From NCBI GenBank assembly GCA_903864265.1, contig CAIPFN010000080.1:18150-82149 (forward strand): a stretch of DNA of 64,000 nt, given 5' to 3'. Position numbers and translations under genes: made by a program. Below the pieces are notes generated by a model. That model searched no databases, was not told the origin of the DNA, and was given only the letters and a program-made list of their open reading frames with translations. This DNA comes from an uncultured Bacteroidales bacterium (GTDB lineage Bacteria; Bacteroidota; Bacteroidia; Bacteroidales; UBA4417). This document shows, piece after piece, positions 27,548 to 38,283 of this stretch (position 1 is its first letter; each line of letters starts with the position of its first letter).

Positions 27548-29362
27548 TTGGCCAAACATTCCTTACATATCGAAAATATAGTCCGCGACCTGCCCGACAG
27601 TCCCGGAGTGTACCAGTATTACGATAAGGAAGGGACAATCCTGTATGTAGGCAAGGCCAAAAACCTGAAAAAGAGGGTTTCGTCCTATTTCAGGCGCGAC
27701 GAGTCACTGGTAGGCAAAGTGAGAGTGCTGGTTCAGAAAATTGCCGACATCCGGATACTGGTAGTGGATACCGAACTGGACGCCCTGCTTCTGGAAAACA
27801 ACCTGATTAAAAAATACCAGCCTCGCTACAACGTGATGCTGAAGGACGATAAAACCTATCCCTGGATCTGCATTAAAAAAGAAGCTTTTCCCCGTATTTT
27901 CCCCACCCGCAATCGCATCAGCGACGGCTCCGACTACTTCGGCCCTTATGCCTCGGGCAAAATGATGCATATGCTGCTCGATCTGATCCGGCAGCTGTAC
28001 CAAATCCGCACCTGCAGCCTTAACCTGAGTGCCGCCAATATACGTACCGGCAAGTATAAGATCTGTCTCGAATATCATATTAACAATTGCCTGGGCCCCT
28101 GCGAGGGTCTGCAGACCGAAGATGATTACGGGCAATCGCTGCAGGAAATCAGGAATATTCTACGTGGAAATATCTCATCCGTAAGGCAGCACCTTACAGC
28201 GATGATGAAAGCGTATGCCGATACCTATGAGTTTGAAAAAGCACATATTGTAAAGGAGAAAATTGAATTGCTCGACCGCTACCAGAGTAAATCGTCGATT
28301 GTGAGTCCCTCGATTCACAATATCGATATTTTCTCGTACGTTGACGAACCCACGGCTGCCTATATCAATTTTATGAAAGTGATAAGCGGGAGTATCATAC
28401 AGGCTCATACCGTTGAAATCAGGAAAAAGCTGGATGAAACGCCCGAAGAATTGCTGTTGCTTGCCATTATTGAGTTACGCGAACGTTTCGATTCGGATGC
28501 GCCCGAAATCATAGTCCCCTTTAAGCCGGATGTAGAGTTCCCCGGCGTTTCCTATACCATGCCCGTGCGGGGCGAGAAGAAAAAGCTGCTCGAACTCTCC
28601 GAACGCAACGCCAGGTATTACCAGCTGGAAAAGCATAAACAACTGGAACATGTTGACCCCGAGCGCCACACCACCCGCATCATGGAACAGATGCAGAAAG
28701 ATCTCCGGCTGAAGGAGCACCCGCTGAGGATCGATTGCTTCGATAATTCCAACATACAGGGCTCCTACCCCGTTGCAGCCATGGTGGTTTTCGTCAACGG
28801 CAGGCCCGATAAAAAAGAATACCGCCATTTCAACATCAAAACCGTGGAAGGGCCGAATGACTTTGCCTCTATGGAAGAGGTGATATACCGCCGATACAAA
28901 CGCGTGATCGACGAAAACCAGCCTTTGCCCCAGCTTATTGTGGTTGACGGTGGCAAGGGGCAACTCAGTTCGGCCATGGAAAGTATTGACAAGCTGGGAT
29001 TGCACGGCAAAGTGGCTGTGATAGGCATAGCCAAAAAACTGGAAGAAATATATTATCCCGGCGATTCACTGCCACTCTATATCGATAAAAAATCGGAGAC
29101 CCTGCGCATCATACAGCAGTTGCGCGACGAAGCCCACCGTTTCGGTATTACCCATCATCGCAAGCGGCGCGAAAAAGGAACTATCAAAACCGAGCTGACT
29201 GAAATTGCCGGCGTGGGCGAATCCACCTCTACCCTGCTGCTGCGTAAATTCAGGTCGGTAAAAGGCATAAAGACTGCCACCCTGGCGGAAATACAGGAAG
29301 CAGCCGGGCTGGCAAAAGGGAAAATAGTATTTGATTATTTTCATCCCGGGAAAACTGAATAA
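27548..29362 (+). CDS. uvrC: excinuclease ABC subunit C
   Basis: GIY-YIG domain (PGVYQYYDKEGTILYVGKAKNLKKRVSSYF), UVR domain, Endo-V-like domain and C-terminal HhH. It has a TTG start at 27548 and no upstream ATG in frame. Confidence 0.95.
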   Translation: MAKHSLHIENIVRDLPDSPGVYQYYDKEGTILYVGKAKNLKKRVSSYFRRDESLVGKVRVLVQKIADIRILVVDTELDALLLENNLIKKYQPRYNVMLKDDKTYPWICIKKEAFPRIFPTRNRISDGSDYFGPYASGKMMHMLLDLIRQLYQIRTCSLNLSAANIRTGKYKICLEYHINNCLGPCEGLQTEDDYGQSLQEIRNILRGNISSVRQHLTAMMKAYADTYEFEKAHIVKEKIELLDRYQSKSSIVSPSIHNIDIFSYVDEPTAAYINFMKVISGSIIQAHTVEIRKKLDETPEELLLLAIIELRERFDSDAPEIIVPFKPDVEFPGVSYTMPVRGEKKKLLELSERNARYYQLEKHKQLEHVDPERHTTRIMEQMQKDLRLKEHPLRIDCFDNSNIQGSYPVAAMVVFVNGRPDKKEYRHFNIKTVEGPNDFASMEEVIYRRYKRVIDENQPLPQLIVVDGGKGQLSSAMESIDKLGLHGKVAVIGIAKKLEEIYYPGDSLPLYIDKKSETLRIIQQLRDEAHRFGITHHRKRREKGTIKTELTEIAGVGESTSTLLLRKFRSVKGIKTATLAEIQEAAGLAKGKIVFDYFHPGKTE

Positions 29363-29472
29363 TCGGCTCACATTCATTTTCGGGGCATGCTCCTGTGATA
29401 AAGCAGGTTATAAAATTGCCTGGCTAAATTGATATTTTCATCTATCAAGACGGACACAAGGAGGGTGATTGG

Positions 29473-30105
29473 TCATTTCGCAAGTTTAGCTTTTATCATT
29501 TCGATAAAGTTATCAGAAACTGACGGTTGTTGTAAGTCAGAGATGTCATATTTATCAGGTGTGAATAGTTCCATAAGCTTATCCAGTTCTATTTCAGGTT
29601 TGAATTTATTGAATTCAATAGCATCTGCTTTAGCGTTATAAAAAGCGGCTACTCTTAATAAATACTTAAATACCCTGAATAAGATCTGAACCAGAAAAAC
29701 GAGCAGTACCGAAGAACCGATTCTGATAGTCAGGCTTGTTGAAAGATAATTCTGGTCATTGACCGATGCAGCAATAGGTGGGAAAACAAGAAGGTAAAAG
29801 CTTACTAATATAATAAGAATTGTAAAGAAGAAAATTGTTACCGAAATATTGTTGAACAACACTGCTCTGTACCTGATTTTCTCAACTAATGATTCAATAG
29901 ATAAATTCGCATCATATTCGTGGTTGTCATATATAATAAGGGGTATCATCCCGAAAGGTATTACCAGTAAAAGTCCCGCAATTATTCCTATAAATGTAAA
30001 ATAGGACAGGATTTTGCTCTGGTGATCATCCGTGAGCAGGTAGTAATTTGTCAGTATTGCAATTACCGAAACCCCTAACAGGATTAAGCCGATTGTTTTT
30101 TTCAT
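29473..30105 (-). CDS. hypothetical integral membrane protein (about 4 TM helices)
   Basis: Four long hydrophobic segments and a charged C-terminal tail. It lies in a visibly A+T-rich stretch, and I recognise no family. Confidence 0.55.
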   Translation of the reverse strand: MKKTIGLILLGVSVIAILTNYYLLTDDHQSKILSYFTFIGIIAGLLLVIPFGMIPLIIYDNHEYDANLSIESLVEKIRYRAVLFNNISVTIFFFTILIILVSFYLLVFPPIAASVNDQNYLSTSLTIRIGSSVLLVFLVQILFRVFKYLLRVAAFYNAKADAIEFNKFKPEIELDKLMELFTPDKYDISDLQQPSVSDNFIEMIKAKLAK

Positions 30106-30303
30106 TTTTTAGAAAGATTTTAAAAATAAACAACCATTATTTACGTCGTCCTGACATATGTCTAATCAGGTGTAATTAGTTGACATTTCTTATTCCAGCG
30201 ACAAGTCATCTGCACTTCTGAGCATATAACAATATTCTTTTTCATAAGTTCATTCTATTGTGATTCAATTCAGTAAGACGAAATATACTTTTTCCCGGCC
30301 CAT

Positions 30304-30334
30304 TAAAAAAAGCCACCAGAGTTCCTGATGGCTT
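30304..30334 (-). terminator. intrinsic terminator after the tandem C25 peptidase genes
   Basis: Minus strand: AAGCCATCAG-GAACT-CTGGTGGCTT, a 10-bp stem with one G-U pair, running into a T7 tract. It starts about 23 nt after the stop at 30357. Confidence 0.75.
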
Positions 30335-30356
30335 AATCAAAATCAGTAATACGTCT

Positions 30357-33300
30357 CTACCTGCTGACAACCACTTTTGTCATTATTTGATGCTTATCCG
30401 CTGTGATGGTTGCGACATAGATTCCTTCGGGCAGGCCGCTCAGGTTGAGCAAATACACATGGGAAGCCTCAATCCGGTTGATTTGCAACACTGATTTTCC
30501 CTGAGCATTGGTAAGTACCAGGCTAGCTGAACCTGATAAATCGCCAAAATCAACCGATGTGAAATCTGTAGCCGGGTTGGGATATATATTAACCTCTTTA
30601 TTCAGGTTGTTTTTGATCCCCGTACAATACTCAACGCCGACATAATTATCTTTCACCAGAGTATCACTGAATGTGCCGTTTGAAACAACAAGGGAAGCCT
30701 CAAACAGGCCTGGAGCGGCGTAGGTAACAATTGGGTTGGGCTCGTTACTGCTTTCGGGCATACCACCCGGGAATGTCCATGCCCATGATGAGGTTCCGGG
30801 AGTAGAGTAATCGGTGAAAGTTACCGAGCCGCCATCGCAGATATGAATGGGATTGCCCATAAAGTTGGCGGTATAGGGTGATGAGAGTATTCCAAAGAAT
30901 TCAATAATCCGCTTCATATATTCATCCCGGGTCGAAGGCGTTTCCCCGTTAACCAGGCCGCCAAACTCGAAGGCGGAAGCAATGGTGCGATATGTACCGG
31001 CATCATAAGCAACTGCAGTGATGTAAAGAGGAGCGTTATTCTTGAACAGGGTAAATGCCGGGGTAAGCGGTGAAATATGGTCAATAAAATCCTTATCCCC
31101 ATTGTAGGTGAAACTCAGTCCCTCGGCGAATTGACCTGCCTGTCCGGTTTCAATGCTTAAATCGCTGCCTCCGTCCATGACACCGTTTGTCTTAAACTTT
31201 GGATGAACAGCAGTTTTTGGATCGAGAAACCAGGTATCGCCCCCTTCCATGTATAAGCGGCCTCCGGCCTCAACAAAAGCAGCAAGTTTTTGACCTTCGT
31301 TGGTGCTGAGTACATGTTTATTCGTGCCCACACCCAGGCACACAAACAAAGTGGAATAACCGCTTACATCTGCCGGCATTACTGTTTTATATTCTGTAAA
31401 AACGTTGTTTGCAATCAATGAGGACTTAATAGAAGGCCCTGAATTGTGATTTCCATCCAGGTCTATCACTGTCACCGGAATTTGACCTACAACCAGGTTA
31501 AAATTTGCCAGAGTCTGCAAACCCATTTCAGCTGTCATCAGGAAAGTAACAGGAATAAATTGCCCGGTTGGGGTATTTATGTCGGCCAGCATGGTGAAAG
31601 TGCGCGTTGCCGATTCCCCGGCAGAAAGATTCCCGTAATTCTGCAAGGGCGACGAAAGCAGTGATAGATATGGATCGTTAAAGGAAATTTGTCCTTCAGT
31701 ATTAAGAGTTGAAGAGCTGCCGGTGTTCTTAATGCTTACTGAAACATTAAAAGTTTCGCCCGGATCGGCTTTGCCATTGCCGTTTCCTGTTTGGGAGTCA
31801 TCAATAGTGAACAATGTATAATTGAGTACACCTGCATGAGCTGTAACGCTAAAATTGCCTGACCATACATCGTTTCCTGATATAGCCGTGTAATGGAAAG
31901 GAACTACATGCAGATCGGGAATTTCATTTGCCAGTGATAAGCTGAAACTGTTTACCATGGCAACAGTATCGTGTGCAGGAATTGAGGCGTATACATCCGT
32001 AGAATCAAGCATTGTTACAAAAGGATCAGAGGTGGTTATGTGTACTGCCACATTATCAGCACCCAGAACGCCAATATTTGCAAATGCCACATCCATAAAT
32101 ACCGTTTCGCCATAATCAGCCTGGCCATTATTGTTAAATGCAGCGTCAGTGATTATATTGCCATTGTAAATCAGGTAAGGGCCATTGTTTGGAATTACCG
32201 CAAGGTCAGCCAGGTAAGGGATATAATTATATGCTGTAAGTACAAGTTGAACGGTATCGGGGGTTACAAATGCGGGGAAATTTAATGTTACAACCCCATT
32301 ACTCACATACCCGGAAGTTATAAACTGCTTGTCAATACTCAAGGCTGCCAATGCTCCCTCAACCGGGGAGCTAACCACTAAGGAAGTGCTTCCCATGAAG
32401 ACCTGGTTCTCATGAGTGGCAGTAATAGTTTCCGGCATAGCAGTTCGGACCATAACAGATGGATCGCCGAAAATGGTCCAGGTATCCGTCATTTCATCTC
32501 CGGCGGTGCCATAGGTTTCATTCATTTTATAGCAACCGTTCATCGATATACCGCCGAAAGTGTGTTTGATATTTGTAGGATAGGCTTCGACCAGTATATC
32601 ATCCATTTCATCCTGTCCATCCATAGGCGGATTCCAGCTTTGATTGATTGTCGACATTAATGTAGCCACTGCGCCGGTAGGACCGTTGGCGTTTTTAGCT
32701 CTCAGCCAGGATTCGGCAAAGCAGGTACCACCTGAAAAATTGCCATTTACGCAGGCAACGCTGAAAATAAAGGGCCACATGTGGTTATTGGAAAGGTTGT
32801 TCACGTTGGTGCTTGAAAAACCGGTTGTTCCCCATGAGATATCACTGCCATGCCCCACATAATTTATAACTGACCTGCCGGCATTTACTTCTGTTGTAAC
32901 ATTGGCCGGTGTCGGATTCCCGGGCTGATCTTCGCCTCCCTGTGCCCCATCGTACAATTCAGCAACTGATGCATAGGTATATCCCATCAAATCGTTGCGT
33001 ATATTACGCATATGCTCATAGTCCATCTCGTTGTCATCGCCCGGACCCTGATCCGAACCTATGCCAACACCCTTGTCGAACCATGCGGTTGAGGTTAATG
33101 GCTGTTTTTCATATTCGAGAGTACGCTGTACCATGGTGTTCACTTGTTCAACCGTTTCGGCCGAAAAACGACCCACAAAAATATCAGGATAGTGATCGTT
33201 CCCGACCAGGTAACCGTAAGCATTATCTGAAGGCCCCCCGATACTTCCTGTTGTGTTTGTAGGCACCTGAGGTGCATCGCCTACTAATAGGAGGAATGTC

Positions 33301-34187
33301 AGCCCGTAATTATTATAATACGTTTCGACATATGTTTTGATCGCGGCTGCAGTAGTACCGACAGTTGCAACATCCACCATTTCGGTCCTTATTCCCATGC
33401 TGTTTTTCCAGTCAGCAAAAGGCTGCATAGCCTGCATATAGCTTCCATAGCTGATGATAAGCATCCGGCCATAGTCGTTGAGTGGCGTATAATCGTACGA
33501 TGTAGTGTTCAGGAACACATTGCTGTATGCCTGGCTGAAATCCGCGTCGATCCGGGTTGGCATCTGGTTACGGGTGATCGTATTGTAGCCTGTATTACCT
33601 GATACTTTCAGTTTCAGCGTAATGTCGGTATACACCCTGAGCACTTTTGTTACCGGGTTATACTGAAAAGGATAAGCAATAACCGTCTGTCCACGGTAAT
33701 CGCGAAGGATAAAAGGATCGCGCAAGCCCGATTGCGGTCCGGGATAAAATTTATTTTCGTCGTACACTCTGCCATATTCAAAAGGCACTGAAGCCGGATC
33801 TATATCACGGGTCAGGTTTCCTTTGGAAGGAGCAATTTCCATGTCCGTATATTCGACAAACGAAGATGAAACCACTTCCACATCCATCATAGCCATGTCG
33901 GGAATAATGACCGATGCAGTCATTTTTGGCATATCCGGCGCATTTTTATCCAGCATTGGGGTAGCATTACCTAATGAAATAGTGTAAGCACTTCCCCTTG
34001 AGGTTTTTACTTCGTTCAGGAAAAATCCATCGAGTTTGAAATGGATCACCGAGGTGGAAATATCGGAGGAAATCAATGCAGCTGAAGCATCAACTGCCTG
34101 CAGCGAACGGATAGGTTTCCATTCACCCGCATGTGATGTTGCTGAAATGAAAATAAGTAGGATCAGGGAAGAAATATAATGTTTCAT
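30357..34187 (-). CDS. peptidase C25 (gingipain family) with PKD-like domain and T9SS C-terminal sorting domain
   Basis: Signal peptide. The catalytic His/Cys contexts closely resemble gingipain (INYVGHGS ... PFIFSVACVNGNF). A PKD-like segment (FTDYSTPGTSSWAWTFPGG) and a T9SS CTD (VNIYPNPATDF ... TKVVVSR) follow. Confidence 0.9.
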   Translation of the reverse strand: MKHYISSLILLIFISATSHAGEWKPIRSLQAVDASAALISSDISTSVIHFKLDGFFLNEVKTSRGSAYTISLGNATPMLDKNAPDMPKMTASVIIPDMAMMDVEVVSSSFVEYTDMEIAPSKGNLTRDIDPASVPFEYGRVYDENKFYPGPQSGLRDPFILRDYRGQTVIAYPFQYNPVTKVLRVYTDITLKLKVSGNTGYNTITRNQMPTRIDADFSQAYSNVFLNTTSYDYTPLNDYGRMLIISYGSYMQAMQPFADWKNSMGIRTEMVDVATVGTTAAAIKTYVETYYNNYGLTFLLLVGDAPQVPTNTTGSIGGPSDNAYGYLVGNDHYPDIFVGRFSAETVEQVNTMVQRTLEYEKQPLTSTAWFDKGVGIGSDQGPGDDNEMDYEHMRNIRNDLMGYTYASVAELYDGAQGGEDQPGNPTPANVTTEVNAGRSVINYVGHGSDISWGTTGFSSTNVNNLSNNHMWPFIFSVACVNGNFSGGTCFAESWLRAKNANGPTGAVATLMSTINQSWNPPMDGQDEMDDILVEAYPTNIKHTFGGISMNGCYKMNETYGTAGDEMTDTWTIFGDPSVMVRTAMPETITATHENQVFMGSTSLVVSSPVEGALAALSIDKQFITSGYVSNGVVTLNFPAFVTPDTVQLVLTAYNYIPYLADLAVIPNNGPYLIYNGNIITDAAFNNNGQADYGETVFMDVAFANIGVLGADNVAVHITTSDPFVTMLDSTDVYASIPAHDTVAMVNSFSLSLANEIPDLHVVPFHYTAISGNDVWSGNFSVTAHAGVLNYTLFTIDDSQTGNGNGKADPGETFNVSVSIKNTGSSSTLNTEGQISFNDPYLSLLSSPLQNYGNLSAGESATRTFTMLADINTPTGQFIPVTFLMTAEMGLQTLANFNLVVGQIPVTVIDLDGNHNSGPSIKSSLIANNVFTEYKTVMPADVSGYSTLFVCLGVGTNKHVLSTNEGQKLAAFVEAGGRLYMEGGDTWFLDPKTAVHPKFKTNGVMDGGSDLSIETGQAGQFAEGLSFTYNGDKDFIDHISPLTPAFTLFKNNAPLYITAVAYDAGTYRTIASAFEFGGLVNGETPSTRDEYMKRIIEFFGILSSPYTANFMGNPIHICDGGSVTFTDYSTPGTSSWAWTFPGGMPESSNEPNPIVTYAAPGLFEASLVVSNGTFSDTLVKDNYVGVEYCTGIKNNLNKEVNIYPNPATDFTSVDFGDLSGSASLVLTNAQGKSVLQINRIEASHVYLLNLSGLPEGIYVATITADKHQIMTKVVVSR

Positions 34188-34220
34188 ATTTGACTTTTTA
34201 TTGTATTAGGTCACGCGAAA

Positions 34221-37200
34221 TCAATTATTTTTAACAACTTTGGAAAACCGCACTTTATCCCCTGCGAAAATTTTGCATAAATAGATGCCGGCAGGCAGAT
34301 GGCTTCCGTCGAAAACAGCCTGGTGATTTCCGGCAGTTTTTTTACCCGCTTCAATCGTTCCTACTTCACTGCCCAGAGAGTTATATATAACTATTTTAAC
34401 CTGGACGGTTGATCTCACGCTAAAATCAATATATAATTTGCCGCTAAAAGGATTTGGGTAAACTGCCAACTCATTTGGGTTGCCTGCAGCTATACCTGTA
34501 AATCCGAACAAGACTTCATTTGATGCATCCGACTGGCACCCGGCAGCACTGCTGGCAACCACGTGATAATATCCGGTGTGTGCAGGGTAATAGGTCGGGG
34601 CAGTAGCACCGGCAATGGGGCCCTCGCTGTTATACCACTGGTTCCCTCCGCTTGCCGAAGAAATAAGGTGATCATTTGCCATGCTTACCGTAGGCGTAGT
34701 TGGCGCATGTTCCACATTAACGGTTATATTGCCGGTGGCTGTAAAAAACGTACTGGATACCAGTACATTGTAAGTGGTAGTTTCGCCGGGCGTGGCCAGG
34801 GGATTAAAGACAGCCGGATTGCTGAGGGTGGCGGAAGGGGTCCAGTTATAGCTGTAAACACCGGTTCCCCCGCTGGCAAAAATATAAAGCTGCGATGGAC
34901 TGCCGGCACATACGGTGCCCGGAACCGCCAGGGCGTTCACGGCCAGCTGCCCGCTAAGCGTCGGGCTGAAAGGCGGAAATTGAATATAGTCAATCCAGGC
35001 GGCATCCTGCCCCGACAGGGTGGCGTCGTCTTTTTCGTACGTCCAGCTGAAACGATGGCTTCCGGCCGGAACAGCATAGCTTACTTTTGCCCAGTCCTTG
35101 TTTCCGCTCCAGCTGCCCAGTTCATTTCCGTCGAGATAAAACCGGAGGAAATCGTAACCGTTTTCGGAAGATACCTTGCGATAGAACGAAATCGTATCGT
35201 TGCAAAGTACCTGTCCATCGATGTACATTTCGCTTTGCTGCGAATTGTTGATGCCTCCCGATACTGCCCCGAACTGGCCTTCGAATTTAGTGGAAGAACT
35301 TATTTTCCAGGGCTTGGCTCCTTTCATATGCCAGTTGTATTTCAGGAAGTTGCCGCTTTCAAAATCTTCAACCTGGGCTCCTATGCCCGGGTTGAGACTG
35401 CTGACCGAATTGTACGGGCCGGCTGCAGCCGTGACATATATTGAAAAAGTACTGCCGGGAATGGCGTCGGGGCTAACAGTAAAACTGAAAGTGGCGCTTG
35501 CTGTTTCTCCCGCGGCGAGTGGTCCTAGGTTTACTGGAGTTGCATTGGCTGTGACAGAATTACCAAAAACAAATAGCTGGGATATGATTTCTGTGGAGGT
35601 ACAATGGCCGGTATTGGTAGTAGGTACTGTTAAATAAATGGTTTCTCCCGGGTCGATCTGCCCGTTGCCATTGCCTGCCGTGGCATCATCGAGGGTGATG
35701 GTTCCGTTAACCAGCTTTGGAGCGTAAATAACCAGGCTGAATCCCGAATTAAAAGTATTGGTATCGGCTGTAGTGCTTATGGTAAAGCTGGCAGTGTGCA
35801 TATCGGGCACATAGTCGTTCACCTGGATAGTAAAAGCATTGGCAGCCGCTGCGGATCCGTTGCTGGAAATGAGTGGCCAGGTATGAGTGTTGACAGGTAT
35901 TGACACAAAGGCATCCGTGCTGCTGAGTGTCGAAACGGCATTTGCGGCGTCGGAGTTGCCGAAGTTTTTATACGAAAGGTCAACACTGAGGGGCTCGGCA
36001 AATTCAGGCAGCTGGTTGTTGTTGCCGCCATTGTCATTCACCTGGTAATTATCAAGCACCAGGTAGGGTCCCTGTGGTGAAGCTACCATCACGCTGTCAA
36101 TATAAGGTTGCCGGTTCTGTTTGGTAATAACCATACTGGCAAAACCTGTTTCGGTGAAAGGGAGTAACGAAACCGAGGCAAGCCCGTTTTGATCCGCTTC
36201 GGCTACACCATGCAGTACGTTGTTTTTGCTGATGGCAACATAGGCATAAGGTTCGGTGTGTACATCGAACACCGGCGTGCCAAGCGGGAGTAAGGGCATA
36301 TAATCCACCACCATGGCCGGCGGAACTGAGTAATACACCATAGTCGAAGGATCGCCCATCAGGCAATAGATTTCCCAATAATATTGTTTCATGCCTGAAT
36401 TGGATTCCTGAACAGCCAGGTTTCCGGCAAAAATCATCTGATCCATGCTACTGTACCATTCGCTTAAGGGTTCACCGTGATCGTGAAAAGTGCGGTCATA
36501 TGCACCCAGGCCCGTCGTTTCGTAGGTTGGGTTCGAAACAATTTGTCCGTTCCCTACGCCCCACCAGTAGTCTTCGTCCCAGTAACTGAAATCCGAAGCC
36601 CCTATGTAGCCCAGGGCGCCTTTGTTTTCGGCCCTGAGCATTACTTCTCCGAAGGTATTCTGGTCGTACGAATTGGTCTGGCAGCAGTTTCCCACCATCA
36701 GGCAGTATTTGCCGGCATTTTGCAGGTTGGCCACATCTGCTATGGTAAAGGAAGGATCGGCCCAGCCGTCGGGACTGCCGTGAGCCGTATAGTTGGCGTA
36801 TGAAACCCCGTTGCTCACGTTGGTATGTATGTTCTGGGCATAATTGGCTCCGCCGGGTTCGGGCTGAAGATAGGTATGCGATGTTAAATTGTGTTCGGCG
36901 TTAAAGTAATACTGGGTGCCATAGTTGATCTGCCCGTTACCCCAGGTGAGCTGGTGGGAAGCATCGGCACCGGCAGCCATCACCACTTCGTTGAGGAAAG
37001 AAGGGTCGGGCATAAGGTATTGTTCGTACTGCAGGGTTTTGTTGATCTGGGGCAGCAATTCGGCAACTGTATTGGCCGAGAACCTGCCATAGTAAACTTC
37101 GGGCAGGAAATCGCCGGTATATTCACAATAATACAAGTCGGTAACATGAGCCCCGCAGTTGTAAGCCGGTATCTGTGCCACATCGCCCACAAACAGCACA

Positions 37201-38144
37201 AAGGTAGGAGCCGGGTCAGCCGCTGTGGCGGAAGTATACAGGTTCTGAAGATAAGCCTTTATGGAAGTGAAGCTTGCGCCCACGGCAGCATCATCGGTAT
37301 AGGCTTCTATGACCGTAAAGCCGCGTTTGGTCTTCCATCGGATAAACGGCTGAAGCGCATCGTGAAACATGGGGTCTGATACGATCACATATTTCACGGG
37401 GACACTCGAAATGGTATCCATCATGCTGCGTACAGGCTTATAGTTGAGTACGTTGCGGAACACGCTGTTGAAGAAAAGAGATTGGGTTTTGGCTTTGATT
37501 TCATTGGTTTTAGCCAGGTCGGCCCCGGCAAAATTAATCTCCACCACCAGGTTGTTATATACCCTGATGGTATTGGTGACCGGGTTGTATTCAACAGGCG
37601 AAATCACCAGGTTGGCAAGTTGCACGCTGCGCAGGTATCCGGATACTTCCACGCGGGCCAGGGCCTCGCCGTAAAAGCTATTGGTTTCGTAAAGCTGCTG
37701 GTTGTATGCAAATGGTTCTTTTTTGATACCACTTTTGGTTTGAGGATACTGGGCAGGAAACAGCTTCCGGGTGATTCCGAAATCGGATAGCTTATATTCT
37801 TTCAGCTCATAGCTTATCACTTTTACCTCGGGCGTTGCCCCGGCCGGGATTTCAATCAGTTTGCTGAGAACCGGCAACTGGGGCGCTCCCGGGCTGTTGG
37901 TTTTTGAATAGGATTGTGCCAGCAATTCAACAAATTCGCCTTTTTCGGTATTCAGCCAGAGTGTATTAAAACGGCTGATGGTATTCGAAACCTGCAGGCG
38001 ATTAAATGTGTTTTCGATCACAATCGTACTGTTGCTGCCCGAAGCATTCAGGATGAGATCGTTGGCAGCATAGAGTCTGGACCCGGCGAAAAGAAAAAAT
38101 ACCAATATCAGGCAGGATATTTTAAGCTGTATAGCTGCTTTCAT
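34221..38144 (-). CDS. peptidase C25 family protein with lectin/MAM-like insert and T9SS C-terminal sorting domain
   Basis: Signal peptide, a propeptide-like N-terminus, His/Cys contexts YANYTAHGS ... LMVGNCCQTN, and a T9SS CTD (LAVYPNPFSGKLYIDF ... FSKVVKNN). Confidence 0.85.
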   Translation of the reverse strand: MKAAIQLKISCLILVFFLFAGSRLYAANDLILNASGSNSTIVIENTFNRLQVSNTISRFNTLWLNTEKGEFVELLAQSYSKTNSPGAPQLPVLSKLIEIPAGATPEVKVISYELKEYKLSDFGITRKLFPAQYPQTKSGIKKEPFAYNQQLYETNSFYGEALARVEVSGYLRSVQLANLVISPVEYNPVTNTIRVYNNLVVEINFAGADLAKTNEIKAKTQSLFFNSVFRNVLNYKPVRSMMDTISSVPVKYVIVSDPMFHDALQPFIRWKTKRGFTVIEAYTDDAAVGASFTSIKAYLQNLYTSATAADPAPTFVLFVGDVAQIPAYNCGAHVTDLYYCEYTGDFLPEVYYGRFSANTVAELLPQINKTLQYEQYLMPDPSFLNEVVMAAGADASHQLTWGNGQINYGTQYYFNAEHNLTSHTYLQPEPGGANYAQNIHTNVSNGVSYANYTAHGSPDGWADPSFTIADVANLQNAGKYCLMVGNCCQTNSYDQNTFGEVMLRAENKGALGYIGASDFSYWDEDYWWGVGNGQIVSNPTYETTGLGAYDRTFHDHGEPLSEWYSSMDQMIFAGNLAVQESNSGMKQYYWEIYCLMGDPSTMVYYSVPPAMVVDYMPLLPLGTPVFDVHTEPYAYVAISKNNVLHGVAEADQNGLASVSLLPFTETGFASMVITKQNRQPYIDSVMVASPQGPYLVLDNYQVNDNGGNNNQLPEFAEPLSVDLSYKNFGNSDAANAVSTLSSTDAFVSIPVNTHTWPLISSNGSAAAANAFTIQVNDYVPDMHTASFTISTTADTNTFNSGFSLVIYAPKLVNGTITLDDATAGNGNGQIDPGETIYLTVPTTNTGHCTSTEIISQLFVFGNSVTANATPVNLGPLAAGETASATFSFTVSPDAIPGSTFSIYVTAAAGPYNSVSSLNPGIGAQVEDFESGNFLKYNWHMKGAKPWKISSSTKFEGQFGAVSGGINNSQQSEMYIDGQVLCNDTISFYRKVSSENGYDFLRFYLDGNELGSWSGNKDWAKVSYAVPAGSHRFSWTYEKDDATLSGQDAAWIDYIQFPPFSPTLSGQLAVNALAVPGTVCAGSPSQLYIFASGGTGVYSYNWTPSATLSNPAVFNPLATPGETTTYNVLVSSTFFTATGNITVNVEHAPTTPTVSMANDHLISSASGGNQWYNSEGPIAGATAPTYYPAHTGYYHVVASSAAGCQSDASNEVLFGFTGIAAGNPNELAVYPNPFSGKLYIDFSVRSTVQVKIVIYNSLGSEVGTIEAGKKTAGNHQAVFDGSHLPAGIYLCKIFAGDKVRFSKVVKNN

Positions 38145-38183
38145 GCGGACGTATGTTTAAAGGAATTAGCTGTTTAAGAATTA

Positions 38184-38191
38184 CAAAGTTA
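38184..38191 (-). promoter_or_regulatory. candidate -7 promoter box (TAACTTTG) upstream of the first C25 gene
   Basis: Matches TAnnTTTG 40 nt upstream of the ATG at 38144, downstream of the hairpin at 38284-38304. Confidence 0.3.
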
Positions 38192-38283
38192 TAGATTTAT
38201 CGATGCCGTATAGAAAATATTTCTGCATCAGTACACTAAAAATCAAGGATTAATCAGGCGAATGTAATGCGAAATCAGGTATG

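Noticed and set aside
34221-38144. Calling the larger C25 protein the T9SS sortase PorU
   Set aside because: There is no adjacent porV, and no feature I can verify by eye distinguishes PorU from other C25 proteins. It carries an ordinary cargo-type CTD. I kept it as a generic C25 family protein.
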